In this document: positions 43,331 to 55,194 of the stretch, piece by piece | Layout of the letters: each line of letters begins with the position of its first letter | Numbering within the stretch: position 1 is the stretch's first letter | DNA from: Epithemia pelagica | Taxonomy: Eukaryota > Protista > Bacillariophyta | DNA: 64,000 nt | Reading direction: 5' to 3' | Assembly (NCBI GenBank): GCA_946965045.2 | Contig: OX337242.1 | Location: 1,178,001 to 1,242,000 of the forward strand | The notes under the pieces: model-generated | Seen by the model: the letters and a program-made list of their open reading frames with translations, nothing else | Told to the model about the DNA's origin: nothing | The model's database searches: none | Translations under genes and position numbers: made by a program

Positions 43331-45703
43331 ATGGGAAACAGTGTCAGCAGTGCCGAAGATGAGGGGCCCCTTGTTCCCACGCGGGAGGGACCCAAAGATC
43401 TGGCCGAACGAGAAGATGCTTTGAAGCAACAATACTATCACCATTCCGAGTTTCGTTCCACAGCCTACGACAAACAGCATCCAAATAATAATAGTTCATC
43501 CCCCAAAGAACAACAACAGCATTCTCCCAGATCGCGCTCATCACCGGGTAGATCGCCGCGACGATCCGCGCCTTCGTCCCCAAGGCAACCGGAGGAGAGG
43601 TCCACATCAAATGCTTTCCTGAATGATTTAGGTGCCCCTTCCAATCTTTCAGACGCGGATGATCTCACAGCGCTGACGGACTTGACGCTCTGCGCTCCAA
43701 ATACAAGCCCCAAAAGTTACCATGGCTTCCGCTTCAGCCAAGCCAGTAAAGCAGCCGTTGGATATTTCTCCGATGATGAGAGTCGTGTATTTCAACAGAA
43801 CAATCCATCAGCAGACATGAACAGTAGACTGGGTAGTTACTCTTCATCGGCTGATGATGAGATAAGTGCAGACAGATACGATGTGAATGGACCGACGACA
43901 GAGGGAAGGAGCCCTCGTACGAGAGAGTCCGAGTTGAGGGGACAACAAGGAGAGATGCGGTCACAAGGCAGCTTGCTTGACGAGTCCAGTTCATGTGAAA
44001 AAGAAAGTACCAGCGATAGAGGAGAAAGTCCCATTTTAGATAGTCCAGCTCGTCGGCACACGAAGCGCAATAAGGGCGAGTCAAAACAGCAACATCCGGA
44101 TGATCGTCGGGCTGCCAAGAAGAGCGCCTTTCGTCCTTCTGAGTCGCTTCGACGTGCGACAGAAGTTGCCTTGGAGATGCGCATGATGATTGAGCGGAAA
44201 AGAAATCAGGCGGTGGATGGTTCCCAACCCGGAGCCACTGTTACCAAGAACGAAATGGCACTCAAAGATTTCGTCATTGGTATGGACCCTCCACCTCCTC
44301 GGGAGGAAACACTTCCAACTGCGGAGGATGCTTCAGTGGAAGATGCGAGAGATGAAGATACCACTGTTTTGTCAAACCAACGAAGCGAACGCACAAAGTC
44401 ATCTCGCAAGACTGGGAAACTTGGCCTTGGGTTGGTCCGTACTGTTGATACGATGGATATGTCGAATGAAGAATCGTCCCATGGAAAAGACACTTCACTT
44501 TCTGTGATTGCAACAACCGTAGGAGAATCCTATTATCAATCTCCCTTGTCTATTGACGGAACACTGTCTCCCAAAGACATCGGTGAGGATCGCATTGGTC
44601 ACGTTGGAAATATGGCAATCATACAACCCTGCAGTGGCAGTTGTGACCCAGACCCTTGTGGATTCGAGGAAAGTGTCAAAGATTTACTGCTCGGCGGCGA
44701 AGAGATATCGGAAACAGGTATAACACGTGTAAATGACGTCAAGGAGTACATGCAAGAGAATACAGAGATTGTTGAAGAAAATCAAGAAGAAAAGAAGATA
44801 CCAGATGAAGAAGAAAAGATGGTATCAGACCCAGACGGTGACTATTGTGTCACAAAAAATCACGATCAAGAAGTCGAGACCCTGCCGCCAGGCAGTGTAG
44901 CTACGAAGTCGCTGTCCCCTCGTGTATGGACAAGGAGAGAAATTGGTGATCAAACATCACCGAACAACCCAGAATTTCGCTCCGTCATGTCGGATGACGA
45001 GGAAGAATTAGATATGGTGTTCGTACGAAAATATGATGAATTCTTTGATGAGTTTCTTTGGCTTCATCCGGACATAGCAGGAATGAATCCAGAACTATTG
45101 GAGAATCTTCGAGCTGCCAAACTGAAAAAAATGGTTGAATTGTCAATCGAAGCGGAAGCAACCCTTGAGAAAGAGTTGAATGATCTCCAAACGCCCAAGC
45201 AAACAAGCGACTGCCACAGAATGCTTATTGAGGCATCTAGAGAGAAGGCTGCTTACGAAACTGCACTTCAAAAGGAATTGCACACAATTCAACAGGCGAC
45301 ACTTGTAATGGAAGGGCGTCTCATCTGGCAAGCAATTAATATGAGCTACGGCAGCGCGAAAACGCAGCAAACATTGCTTAAAGGTCTCTTCGACAACGAA
45401 GCATATTCAACAGATATGCTTGACCTCCTACCGGATCTACCAGACACCCAAGCAATTCGTGATGCGGTCACTGCTCCCCCCGGCACCGATATCTCTGAAG
45501 ATAAGAAACAAGACCTCCGTCAATTCCAGGTTGACAATGCGTTTCTCAATGCGGAGGTGCAACTCCTTGAAAAGAAAGTGTCTCAACTTGAATCCGTTGC
45601 AAGGAAACATGCTTGGGTGGACTCCGTACTCTTGCGCCTTGATCCGAAACAACTAATAGAGTTGAAGGCGGAGTTCCGAAAGAAGCTTGGCGTTGTGTTC
45701 TGA
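43331..45703 (+). CDS. Hypothetical protein with predicted N-myristoylation (MGNSVSS) and C-terminal coiled coil
   Basis: 790-aa ORF with a disordered N-terminal region and a helical C-terminal domain. Confidence 0.8.
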   Translation: MGNSVSSAEDEGPLVPTREGPKDLAEREDALKQQYYHHSEFRSTAYDKQHPNNNSSSPKEQQQHSPRSRSSPGRSPRRSAPSSPRQPEERSTSNAFLNDLGAPSNLSDADDLTALTDLTLCAPNTSPKSYHGFRFSQASKAAVGYFSDDESRVFQQNNPSADMNSRLGSYSSSADDEISADRYDVNGPTTEGRSPRTRESELRGQQGEMRSQGSLLDESSSCEKESTSDRGESPILDSPARRHTKRNKGESKQQHPDDRRAAKKSAFRPSESLRRATEVALEMRMMIERKRNQAVDGSQPGATVTKNEMALKDFVIGMDPPPPREETLPTAEDASVEDARDEDTTVLSNQRSERTKSSRKTGKLGLGLVRTVDTMDMSNEESSHGKDTSLSVIATTVGESYYQSPLSIDGTLSPKDIGEDRIGHVGNMAIIQPCSGSCDPDPCGFEESVKDLLLGGEEISETGITRVNDVKEYMQENTEIVEENQEEKKIPDEEEKMVSDPDGDYCVTKNHDQEVETLPPGSVATKSLSPRVWTRREIGDQTSPNNPEFRSVMSDDEEELDMVFVRKYDEFFDEFLWLHPDIAGMNPELLENLRAAKLKKMVELSIEAEATLEKELNDLQTPKQTSDCHRMLIEASREKAAYETALQKELHTIQQATLVMEGRLIWQAINMSYGSAKTQQTLLKGLFDNEAYSTDMLDLLPDLPDTQAIRDAVTAPPGTDISEDKKQDLRQFQVDNAFLNAEVQLLEKKVSQLESVARKHAWVDSVLLRLDPKQLIELKAEFRKKLGVVF

Positions 45704-45929
45704 AAACGATGTAAATTGTGTCTTACTACCTACGTACGCGTACATTGCTCCTAATAGAAGTCAGTACATTAACTTTTTCATGTCTTGAAGCCCCCAAACA
45801 TCTCTATGATCGAGGAAATGATAAAGCCGCCAGATGTCGGGAATAAAGGGCAATTTCAACGCTCCAGGAGGGTGAAGCGAAAATAGATCGAGAAGCAACA
45901 AGATAGCAAGAGCCCTGCCGTCTTCTCGC

Positions 45930-48722
45930 TTAGGATGCGTCTCCGTCCTCGTGGTTTTCAGACTGTGCGGACAAGCAAACTTTAATAACCTCCTTCCATG
46001 CTTGACTTCTCCTTTCATCAATTTCTTTTTCCGCCAAAAACCCGGAAGGCTGCCGCTTGTCTTCCATGTCTGCAAGACGAAGGCAACGAATTATATCTAC
46101 GAACCAGTCTCTCGTACTTTGCGAATTTACTTTGTCGGCGGAAACACGGAGCTGCCGTCTAATCTCCTCGAGATCATCCACAACGGGCTGGGCTGTCACG
46201 TGTTCTTGTGGTAAGTAAAGACGAAGCACCATTTTGCCTAGATGCCGTCCCACAGTCATGCTGTCGTCTTCGATGAGACTCAAGACGCGTCGTTTGGCCT
46301 CTTCGACGCCCTCAGACGTATAAGACGCGAGAATCAAACTCGCCGACGACTTCGCCTGAAGTTCTATTCCAAGCTCGTTCATTTTGTCATACCATCCAAG
46401 GGCTTCTGCATATCGGTTCTTTTCTGTGCAAAGCACAATTAAGGTATTATAGCAGTGAGGTCCAGGCTTCACACTTGTTTCTTCCACATCGAGATTGTGT
46501 ATGATATTTTCAGCTCTCCCTAAAGAGGAATCGGATCGGCAAGCGTAAAGGACCGCTGCGAAATCTTCATCACTGAGCACAAGATTCAATGACGTGAGCT
46601 AAACCATGTCAACACACGAAACCTACGTCGCTCAGGATATATTGGCGTACCTTGGATTCAGGTTATTTTCAATCATGAAGTTCAAACATTTGATCGCCGC
46701 ATCTGGATTTCCTTGGTTCGCAAATGTTCTGAGAGTCATTCGTAAGACCATTTGCCGCGTCACAAAAGGAAGCTTGTCGTCATTTTCCAACACATGTTCG
46801 TTTATTTGGAGAATAGATGACGCGTCGCCTTGGTTAGCGCAGAGCTTCATTGCTCGAGAAATGTTTCCGTAGGTAAGGTTTTCGTTCAACTCGTTTGCAG
46901 GGAGTCTGTGACCTCTCGCATCTCTGTTGTGAGTAAAAAGTATGCTTATGATCGATGCTGCGAGATGAGAGTCCGAGAACGCCTCTGCGCAGGTCAAGCC
47001 GACAGCCACAAGAGCATGATCCAGAACCAAATGATGATCCGTTGAAAGAAGGAAATCGAATGTGTCACGAACGAGTTCCAGATAGGCCGAGTGGTTCCGT
47101 GCCCTTCGTTCGGCACAAAGAACCAATTCTCGAAGCACCTCAAACGATGGATGATACACCTTGTTTGCTCTGATGCTATCAAAGATTCTGGTAATGTTAG
47201 AAACACTCAATGTGGCCATACCTCTCGCCTTGTCTTTGTAATGACGCAGTTTCAAGGCAAAGATGACTGTATGATCCAGACCTGGGTTCCAGTGGGATCG
47301 GCTGGTATTAAGGAGCCATTGTACAACGTCAGGAATTTCATCTTGCAGGTCGTTTTTGAAAAGCATCGTAATGTATGAGCAATAAGCCCTCGGGGGAACC
47401 ATCATGCTTGTATTTGAATCTGCGTGTTGCGTCATTGCATGATACAACTTTTTGGAGTGACCAGCATTTGCCTCTCTCTGTGTAGATGAAGAGGTAAACA
47501 CATGGAAGGCTGTTCCAAGTAACCTGGGCGTCCATAGGAGTGAATTCGTGGCCAAGTCTTCTGCAACTTCCAAAGCCAGCTTCTCGGCCTCAAATCTCCA
47601 AGTACAAGCCAGAAGCAAGATTGCGTACGTGGATATATCTGGTGCTTCATCTTTCCGGTTGCCTCCTTTCATTCTGTGAAAGACATGCGACAAAAGGCCG
47701 GATACTTCAGCATCTGGAAGATACGACGATAGAGCCAGATGTGCCAATATATGGTTCAAGTCTTTGGTGACAAGATTATCATTGCCCCGCAAAAGCGACA
47801 GGACATGGGCAAACTCTTCCTCTCGAGCGAGCATTTTATGTTCATCTCGCGTGGAGAACCCCCTTTTGTCAGAACGAGAGTCACCAGAATCCTCCACGTC
47901 TTCTGTTGTCACATCTCCAATAGGTTCTTGGGCATGGTTCCAACGGTAATCGTAGCGATACCATTGATCCTTCCCCAAAGCATGTAGAAGTGCCAAGGCA
48001 GTATCGACTGCCGACAAACTAGGAATCTCGAACGAGTTCACATAATCCTGGCCTGTTTGCACTGGCGTCATGGGCATCGTTGGGAAACTGGTATCCGCAT
48101 CACCGCCATGAGAAACATTTTCCTCAGATCCCTGACCGGCTGAGAGAGTTCCGTCTCGTATCCTTTGAAGGCCAAATACATCATTTGTTGCGGCCATCAC
48201 ATCTTCCTCTTTTCTTAATTCTTTTCTTAATTCCAGAGGAATCATTTCATGATGAATGTGTGAGAGTGTAAATTCATATTGTTCGCGAACTTTTCGATCG
48301 CCCTTTTGCTCCAGGAACTGGACAATCGTCGTCACTTGGTCAAAGATACCCTTTGAGACCTGTGCCAGGAGTTCCTCTTTATGCTCGTTTCTGTCAGTAC
48401 CATTCTCGTGCCGTAAAACTGGATCCGTATCAGACGCCACCAGAGGCGAAGAAAAAGAAGAAGAAGACAGGGGGCGGGTAATGACGTGCTTGGGAAAAAT
48501 ATTCGTTGCATTCAATGCTCTCCGTTCCCAACGAATGGGCTGGTGGAAGGACGAAGAAGAGCAAGAGAGGCTTCTGTTCGAGTCAATAGGCACCGGTAAA
48601 GAAGTGGTAGTCGACCCATAAGACCTTTCATAGTTGAGAATACTTGCAGGTATAGAGAGTGACTTTGCCGACCAACGTCCACGAACCAAACCCTGTTTTC
48701 TTCCCAATATGCGATACAACAT
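45930..48722 (-). CDS. Pentatricopeptide-repeat-like organellar protein
   Basis: Exon 48722-46651, intron 46650-46573, exon 46572-45930. PPR-like units include PDISTYAILLLAC and KPGPHCYNTLIVLCTEKNRYAEALGWYDKM. The N-terminus resembles a mitochondrial presequence. Confidence 0.8.
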
Positions 48723-50421
48723 GGTCTTGTCGGTTGGAACTTGGATTCTTCTAAAAGAAGAACAAAAGGAAAACTATTGTTCCACTGACCACACCTATTT
48801 ATCACTGACCACATTCTAGAAGGGACGGCGCTATCGATGCTATCTACGGGAATCCTCCATAACGCCGCATGATAGCTTGAGCTTTCCACCATGACAATGT
48901 CGACTTTCGGTGGCTGCAAGGAAGGCTACTTCATGCGGAGTGGAAACCATTCCTAACAGACCCACAAGTTTCTATTCGTAACGACTTGTTAAAGTCGTAC
49001 CCTTTTTGATTTATGAGCCCTCAAGTCCCACCAGGTCTGTCTGTCTTAAAATGGTTCAGTCATTCGAGTTTGGGGTGTGCTGCCCATATTACGCAATGGT
49101 CTCTCAGAAAATCCTAGGTAGTCACTGCTTCGATTGCAACTGTAGCCTTTGGCTCATTCTCGAGATCCCATTGTTCCGGATCACACGAAGAGGAGGGAGG
49201 GGATGTAAACGAGACAGCAAGGACCGAGGTGACCGGCTTTGATGCTATCCACGATTTCTAGCAACGGAACAGGTTAAATGGATTTGTGAATGAAGCAGTT
49301 GCTTTGCTTCGTTTTGGTTTATCTGTGGTCTTTCCACGATAGGGATACATAGGAAATCGTTGGTTCACGATTGATGATGCGTGAGAGAAAACGCCAATGA
49401 GCAATGCCCAACAGAGGCGTCACATACGAGTAGATCCAACCTTTCATTGTAACGAAAGATGATCTTCTTGCGCGTAACAGATCCGCAAGTCCCGCGGCTT
49501 TTATGGCAAATGAGCGAGTCCGTCGTCACGTAGATAGAGAAGTGCGCTCTTTGATGTCGGATGGCACGTGCGAGGTTGTCCAAAGATCGGCCAACGTTTC
49601 CGGTCAGACGCAGCAACGGAGTCGCCCAAATCATTTTTTCCTTACACGTGCACAGTCTTCTGTTACGCATAAATAGATCGTTGTCCGATATTTCATTCCT
49701 AAGTGATCAGTCGTTCAGACGTATACTTACGGATTCGCACATTTATTTGGCAATAGTGATCTGCCGCCAAAGTAGACACACAAAAAAAAGAGTACAAGTA
49801 CAAGGTCATTGATGTACAGCGAATAGAAGGTAGAACTTGGTGTGCCCCACGCGCTTCATCCGCGAATGCATCAATTCTAATGTAGAAAAACCTGGACCCT
49901 GCTACAGAAACATCGATTGGCGTGACCTGCGTGTTACTGAATTTGGCGAACAAAAATGAATAGCCCACATATGGGTCTTATGTAAGTCTTATGGCGCGCC
50001 GTGGTTCGTCCATTTATCTATCTATTGTTTTAGCCAAGATTTGGTTACTTAAGGGTAGCACTGTCACAATTAAAAGAAATGTGCCAAATCCATTGGTCGC
50101 CAAACGCCACCACAAGATCGAGATTGTGAGGAAGGTATGTGAGATCGTTACGTTACAGGATTCCAAATTTTGCGGAAAGGGACTTGGTCGTCAAGAGGAC
50201 TATCAAACCAACGACAAAGACATCGAGTCATACGAACACTATCGTAGCACTCCCATTTGCGGCAATTACAACTGTAGGACTCAAATTTGGAGAAGAACCT
50301 GGCAATACGTTGCGTAGCGCATCAGTCATTCATTTCAAAGCCGTCAAAGTCTTCCTCCCTTAACTCTCCAAAGGACAACCATCGAAACCAGATCCACGCT
50401 CTCATTTCATCCGAAGCTATC

Positions 50422-51942
50422 ATGGTACTATCGAAATACACTCCAGCAGAACGCCTCGTGCGCAAGCGCTTGGCAGCTCGGCTTCGCCAACAACGATGCA
50501 GGGCCCGGAAAAAGGCTGCAGCAGCAAAAGAGCTTCAAGATGGGGGGAGAGCTGGAGTAGACCAGTGTTCCCCTCAGATCTCCCTAGAAAAGTTAACCAT
50601 GGGAAAAAACGAACCGAGCGATTCCGAAAGGTTGAACCTCAACGCTGTCCCTCAAGAACGTCCATGCAATTTCCGCAAGGAAGGCAACCACAAGATTATG
50701 GTATTGTCATCCCCTGCACCGGCTCGTCCTGTTGTTCGATATGCTCCCCCGCCACAATCGCAGCATCCACATGTGGTACCGAGACAGCACCAGCCGCCCC
50801 CGCCGTATGTGACGACACAATCGGCTGCTTATACTCGGCCCCCGCCGTCCATGGCACCCACTTCCTCTTCCGTTCAAGACTACCACAGTGCAAGACCATC
50901 CGGAGTTCATGTACGCAGAGTATCTACTTCAAGCTCAAGTCATCTTTCATCTTATGGCATGCATTTCTCAGCCCCGCCTCCTCCACCTCCTCTTACAAAC
51001 CGACCTCCTCCTCCATCACGAATGGCAAGTGGCGCGCCGGTAACATCCTACGAAGGACCCTCAAGGACAATTGTGGTTCCGGCAGGTGCCCATGTTGTTG
51101 TTCATGCTCCACCGCCGCAGTCACAACATCCTCATCACCACCGGTATATGACGGAGCGAAATTCAGGTGTTCATCCGTCTCATTACCATCCACAGCATCC
51201 AGCTTCGACTGGCCCTCCCCCTCCTCCTCACGTGATTCCATCCACTTCTGCTCCTGTTCATCACCATTCGCCCAAAGCTCGTCCCATACAGGGTGGAAGA
51301 CTACAAGATCGTGGACCGTCTTACCAGCCTGTCGTTCATTCACAACAGACGGAGCACTATCATTATCCAGCAGTTGTCTCAAGGACATCGTCCCGGGACG
51401 ATAGCACACACTCGCTGTCCTCCAATTCCGCTTCTTCGCCAAGTTCTTCAAAGCGGGCGCTCGAAGATCAAGAAGATCGGGCGGTGGATCCGACTGCGTA
51501 TTCTTCTCCTGCTGATCAAGAGCGGCCTTTGAAGAGAACCAAGTCAGAGGACGTAACAGAGACCCCCAAGACTTTATTGTGGAACAAGGAAAAGGCAGCC
51601 ATTGCGGCCATGCTAACACTTGGAAATGCTGACACTACGTCGGACAGTTCCCTGAGCGGACAAGATGGTAAACCCAATGACAGTCGTCCCGTGACAAAGG
51701 CTCAAGACGATACTGTGAAAGCCATCGAAGCAAGTGGCCACCATACCATTTCGGCAACGCTCTCTGAGGATTCATCTTCCCCTTCCTCCACGAAACGCAA
51801 TCCCATTATTGGTATCATGGTTCCAGTCCCTTATCGCGACTCTTCCTCTACCGTTCCACCTCCGCATCATGCTTCCGCATTTTACCCTTCGGGTCCATCT
51901 TCCGCTTCGGCCTTTCGAGCCGTTGGAGGTGTCCACGCCTAG
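50422..51942 (+). CDS. bZIP-like basic-region protein, probably a transcription factor
   Basis: ATG 50422. Basic region RKRLAARLRQQRCRARKK, Pro/His-rich body and a short AAIAAMLTL motif. Confidence 0.65.
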   Translation: MVLSKYTPAERLVRKRLAARLRQQRCRARKKAAAAKELQDGGRAGVDQCSPQISLEKLTMGKNEPSDSERLNLNAVPQERPCNFRKEGNHKIMVLSSPAPARPVVRYAPPPQSQHPHVVPRQHQPPPPYVTTQSAAYTRPPPSMAPTSSSVQDYHSARPSGVHVRRVSTSSSSHLSSYGMHFSAPPPPPPLTNRPPPPSRMASGAPVTSYEGPSRTIVVPAGAHVVVHAPPPQSQHPHHHRYMTERNSGVHPSHYHPQHPASTGPPPPPHVIPSTSAPVHHHSPKARPIQGGRLQDRGPSYQPVVHSQQTEHYHYPAVVSRTSSRDDSTHSLSSNSASSPSSSKRALEDQEDRAVDPTAYSSPADQERPLKRTKSEDVTETPKTLLWNKEKAAIAAMLTLGNADTTSDSSLSGQDGKPNDSRPVTKAQDDTVKAIEASGHHTISATLSEDSSSPSSTKRNPIIGIMVPVPYRDSSSTVPPPHHASAFYPSGPSSASAFRAVGGVHA

Positions 51943-52771
51943 ACCTTTGTGTCTGACTACAAGTTTTTCCTCCGGTTGGCTTTCAAGATTGCACTGCTTC
52001 ATTATTTATAAAATGATTTCACTTTTTTCACATGCACACGTACACGGAGAGCACCGAGCTTGAACAACCCTGTCATCATGCGCAAAATGGTGTAGATAAG
52101 GAAAGCCGCAAAATAAAGTACTTGCTTCACTTTTCCTATATTGTTATGGACCCTCTTAGTAGAAAGTGTTTCCAGAGCGCGGGCTCCTATTATTGGTTTC
52201 TTAGGATGTATTGAAGGGGACTACTGGTCGTCATACGATGCGCTGAATGTTGTGGTTGTCATGCCATGTGATGAAAGGTCTGGATCTTTCCCCTTTGCGT
52301 TCTGAAAATCAACACAGGAGGCGTTGTTACCGTAGTATTTCGCCTGCGTGTTCCCTATAGTGCGCCCGAGAGGAGATTGGAGAGGATTGATGATGCAGAC
52401 TGCTCTATGGTCATTTGCCTATCCGTTGGTTTCGTGGACTGAACCACATGAAAAAGTAATCAATGGGTTGGCGGCTCCCGAAACACTACAGTTGCCTCTC
52501 GGTCTCAATCTCAAATCCCGCAATAAACCATCAACGTGTGCACTAGTTGTTCCAGTGTTGCGGAATAATTTTCGCAGTTGGTGTGATCCAAAGCAAATTT
52601 TTTTGACGTTCGCAACAGTGTTCCAGAAAAGAAGCCAAGTTAGAAGTGCTATGTGCAATTTGAGCAACATGTTTTGGCTTTTGTAACAATGTTTTCAAAT
52701 GGCTAAAGTATTGTATTAACAAATGAGCTTAACCCTGTGTTTTGTACTTATTATTTTTGGAGGGGATCCTC

Positions 52772-53998
52772 CTACAGAGCCGCGGGAGGTGTTCCCCGGT
52801 TGTTGTTCTTCCATAACGGGGTGCCACCGCTACTAGTTGGAGGCGGTGACGACGATGACATTGGAATGGAAAGGTGGGTGGGTGGTGGAGGAGGCAGAGA
52901 AGAAGAAGAGGAGGGAGGATTCATTAGTCTTGTGGATGACGACGATGGATCCTCGTCCATGGCACTTGCTCCTCCCACAACTGCCATGTCACAATCTGTT
53001 GTGACCGGATTCTGTGGTACCACGGTGGTAAACGAGGATGGATTCCACAGATCCGGCAAGGAATTGGATCTCGTCATGCCACCACCACCACTGGCAGACT
53101 GCGACAGGGAGGACGACGAAGAGGCATGGTTGTGATGGGTTGTGGCAGAATTGGGGAAATGCGGTCTTGCATAGGGTGGATCAATTTTGGTATCGTCTTG
53201 GACGGACATGGGCGGAGGAGCATTCATCGGTGCATGGTTGACATGTTGTGGGTAGGATGGTTGCGAAGAAAAGCGATGAGCGGTAGCAAAAGGGTTATTG
53301 TTGGATGACGACATGGATCCAAAGGCGGCGGCTGGATCAGCTGTCGGTTGCGAGAATTGCACCCGTGAATTTCGAATCATGGCATCAATCTTGAAATCGA
53401 CAGGATTTTTGGCCGTGGGTCCCAAAACCAATTCAAACATGACATGTCGTGCCGCTTCTTCCTTGTCGGACAAAAGCAAACAGGAATCTTCCACATATTC
53501 CGGTTCATCATCGTCGTCAATACTACTGGTGGTAATTTCTTCATTGTCGCGAATATGGTCCGCCACAGCTTGGGATGAATCGGCATCTTCGGTTTCCTCT
53601 TCTCCCTCCGTGTTGGTAGTATTGCTTTCACTGGCATGGTGATTGGACAAGGACGAAGACTGTCGTTTGGCGGCCGCATTGCTGTTGTTGTTGGTCAAGC
53701 TAATGCTACTAAAGGCATCCAAAATGGTTCGTCGTCGTTTTCGAGGAGGTGGTGCTACCGGTCGCATGGAATCGCCTTCGGCCAACGATGAAGAGCCACC
53801 ACTACTACCGGCATCCGATCCCAATTCCAAAGGGAAGGGTGGAGCCGGTGGAAGGGTATGGAGGGGAATTGTGGTGCTGGCGGCCATGGGAGCCGATGCA
53901 ATGGTTGAGGTTGTAGATGCTCCACCCACACTGCTGTTGCCGCCACCAGCGACACTTCCTCCGTTGGAAGACATGACGCTGTGTTTGCGACGCCGCAT
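52772..53998 (-). CDS. Hypothetical low-complexity protein
   Basis: Probable ATG 53998 in a 457-codon ORF. It has the NLS-like PRKRRR and a short ordered segment EEAARHVMFELVLG..VDFKIDAMIR. Confidence 0.65.
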   Translation of the reverse strand: MRRRKHSVMSSNGGSVAGGGNSSVGGASTTSTIASAPMAASTTIPLHTLPPAPPFPLELGSDAGSSGGSSSLAEGDSMRPVAPPPRKRRRTILDAFSSISLTNNNSNAAAKRQSSSLSNHHASESNTTNTEGEEETEDADSSQAVADHIRDNEEITTSSIDDDDEPEYVEDSCLLLSDKEEAARHVMFELVLGPTAKNPVDFKIDAMIRNSRVQFSQPTADPAAAFGSMSSSNNNPFATAHRFSSQPSYPQHVNHAPMNAPPPMSVQDDTKIDPPYARPHFPNSATTHHNHASSSSSLSQSASGGGGMTRSNSLPDLWNPSSFTTVVPQNPVTTDCDMAVVGGASAMDEDPSSSSTRLMNPPSSSSSLPPPPPTHLSIPMSSSSPPPTSSGGTPLWKNNNRGTPPAAL

Positions 53999-55194
53999 AG
54001 TTGGAAAATTTGTGAAGCTTGAAAACCAAAAAGCCACAATCCGAACAAGAAGGGTGCACCCAGAGAAAGCTTGATGCATCAATTCAATGGAAACAAGAGA
54101 GACAAAGAACCACTGATGCTGTTTTTTGTTGTCACCTGAGGTCAATCATTGGGGGTATGGAAGAGTGTTGGAACGGATAATGACTTCTTCACTGTCAATA
54201 GCAAAAGGAACCTCCAAAAACGAGACTTGCAGCAATGCGTTTTGCAACGGGGCCACAGACACCAATCACAGATCACAGCTTCTCTGTTGCGCTGGACCTG
54301 TGCACAAACTGACTGACAACTGTTTGTTGAAGAGCCCTCTTTCTCCCCAATCTCGCAGATTAGAGGCAATCGCAAATAAAAATGATCACTACAACAATCA
54401 ACAAGGCAAATATGGAACGAGACAGCTGCTGTGGACCATACAAACAAAAGGGGAGAATAGGAACAGCAGATGAAAGGCAATCAAAAGTTTACAGGTAATG
54501 TTCTTGGGTAGTTGCAAGGTGACGGAGGCATCTCTCGGGCTGCTCTAGGTGCAAGAAGCAAGAAGGCGGGTAGGGGGTAGACTTGGTAGGGAGACGACGA
54601 CACCGACCGGGCGGAAGGAGAAACCGCGCCTTTTGGTCTTGTTCTCGCGCATGCCATCAAGGAGGGAAGCGGGCGCGAAATGCCGCGCGTCCATCGCACG
54701 TGCACTCATCGGTCGCGTTTGGACAGACAACGGACTTCTGGTATGATGGTGGTAAGGACCACGCACGCTGCACCACAACAAGTTGTGCGAATCTTCAATT
54801 GGGCATGGTAGTGTTCGTCGAATGAACTGATGCCACCTTCTCCATTGAATTGAATGCTGCTTCCCTGGACACACATTTTATTCCTTGTGGGTTCAACCAA
54901 GGCAAATCTTGAGGAGTGAATGACCCACGACCGTCATTGGTGAGAATATCAACCTTTTTCCATCCATTGTTCTGTTGTCGATTCCATCATGTCTCGGCAC
55001 CCGCATCTCTGGCACATACAACTTGGCAACCACTCGAGGTTGAGCAATGAAAGTCATTGCAACTCGAAGAAACGAACGATGCGACCTGTACACTGCACGG
55101 CAATGGATGCCATGTTCCAAGAAAAACGAATTGCACCAGAAGAGTTGCTCGACACAACAAGGGACTGTTCCCGATCGGTTGTTGTGGGAGAAAT

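Noticed and set aside
48800-50280. Short ORFs in the 1.5-kb spacer
   Set aside because: There are no motifs or splice-consistent structure. It is probably a divergent promoter or UTR region.
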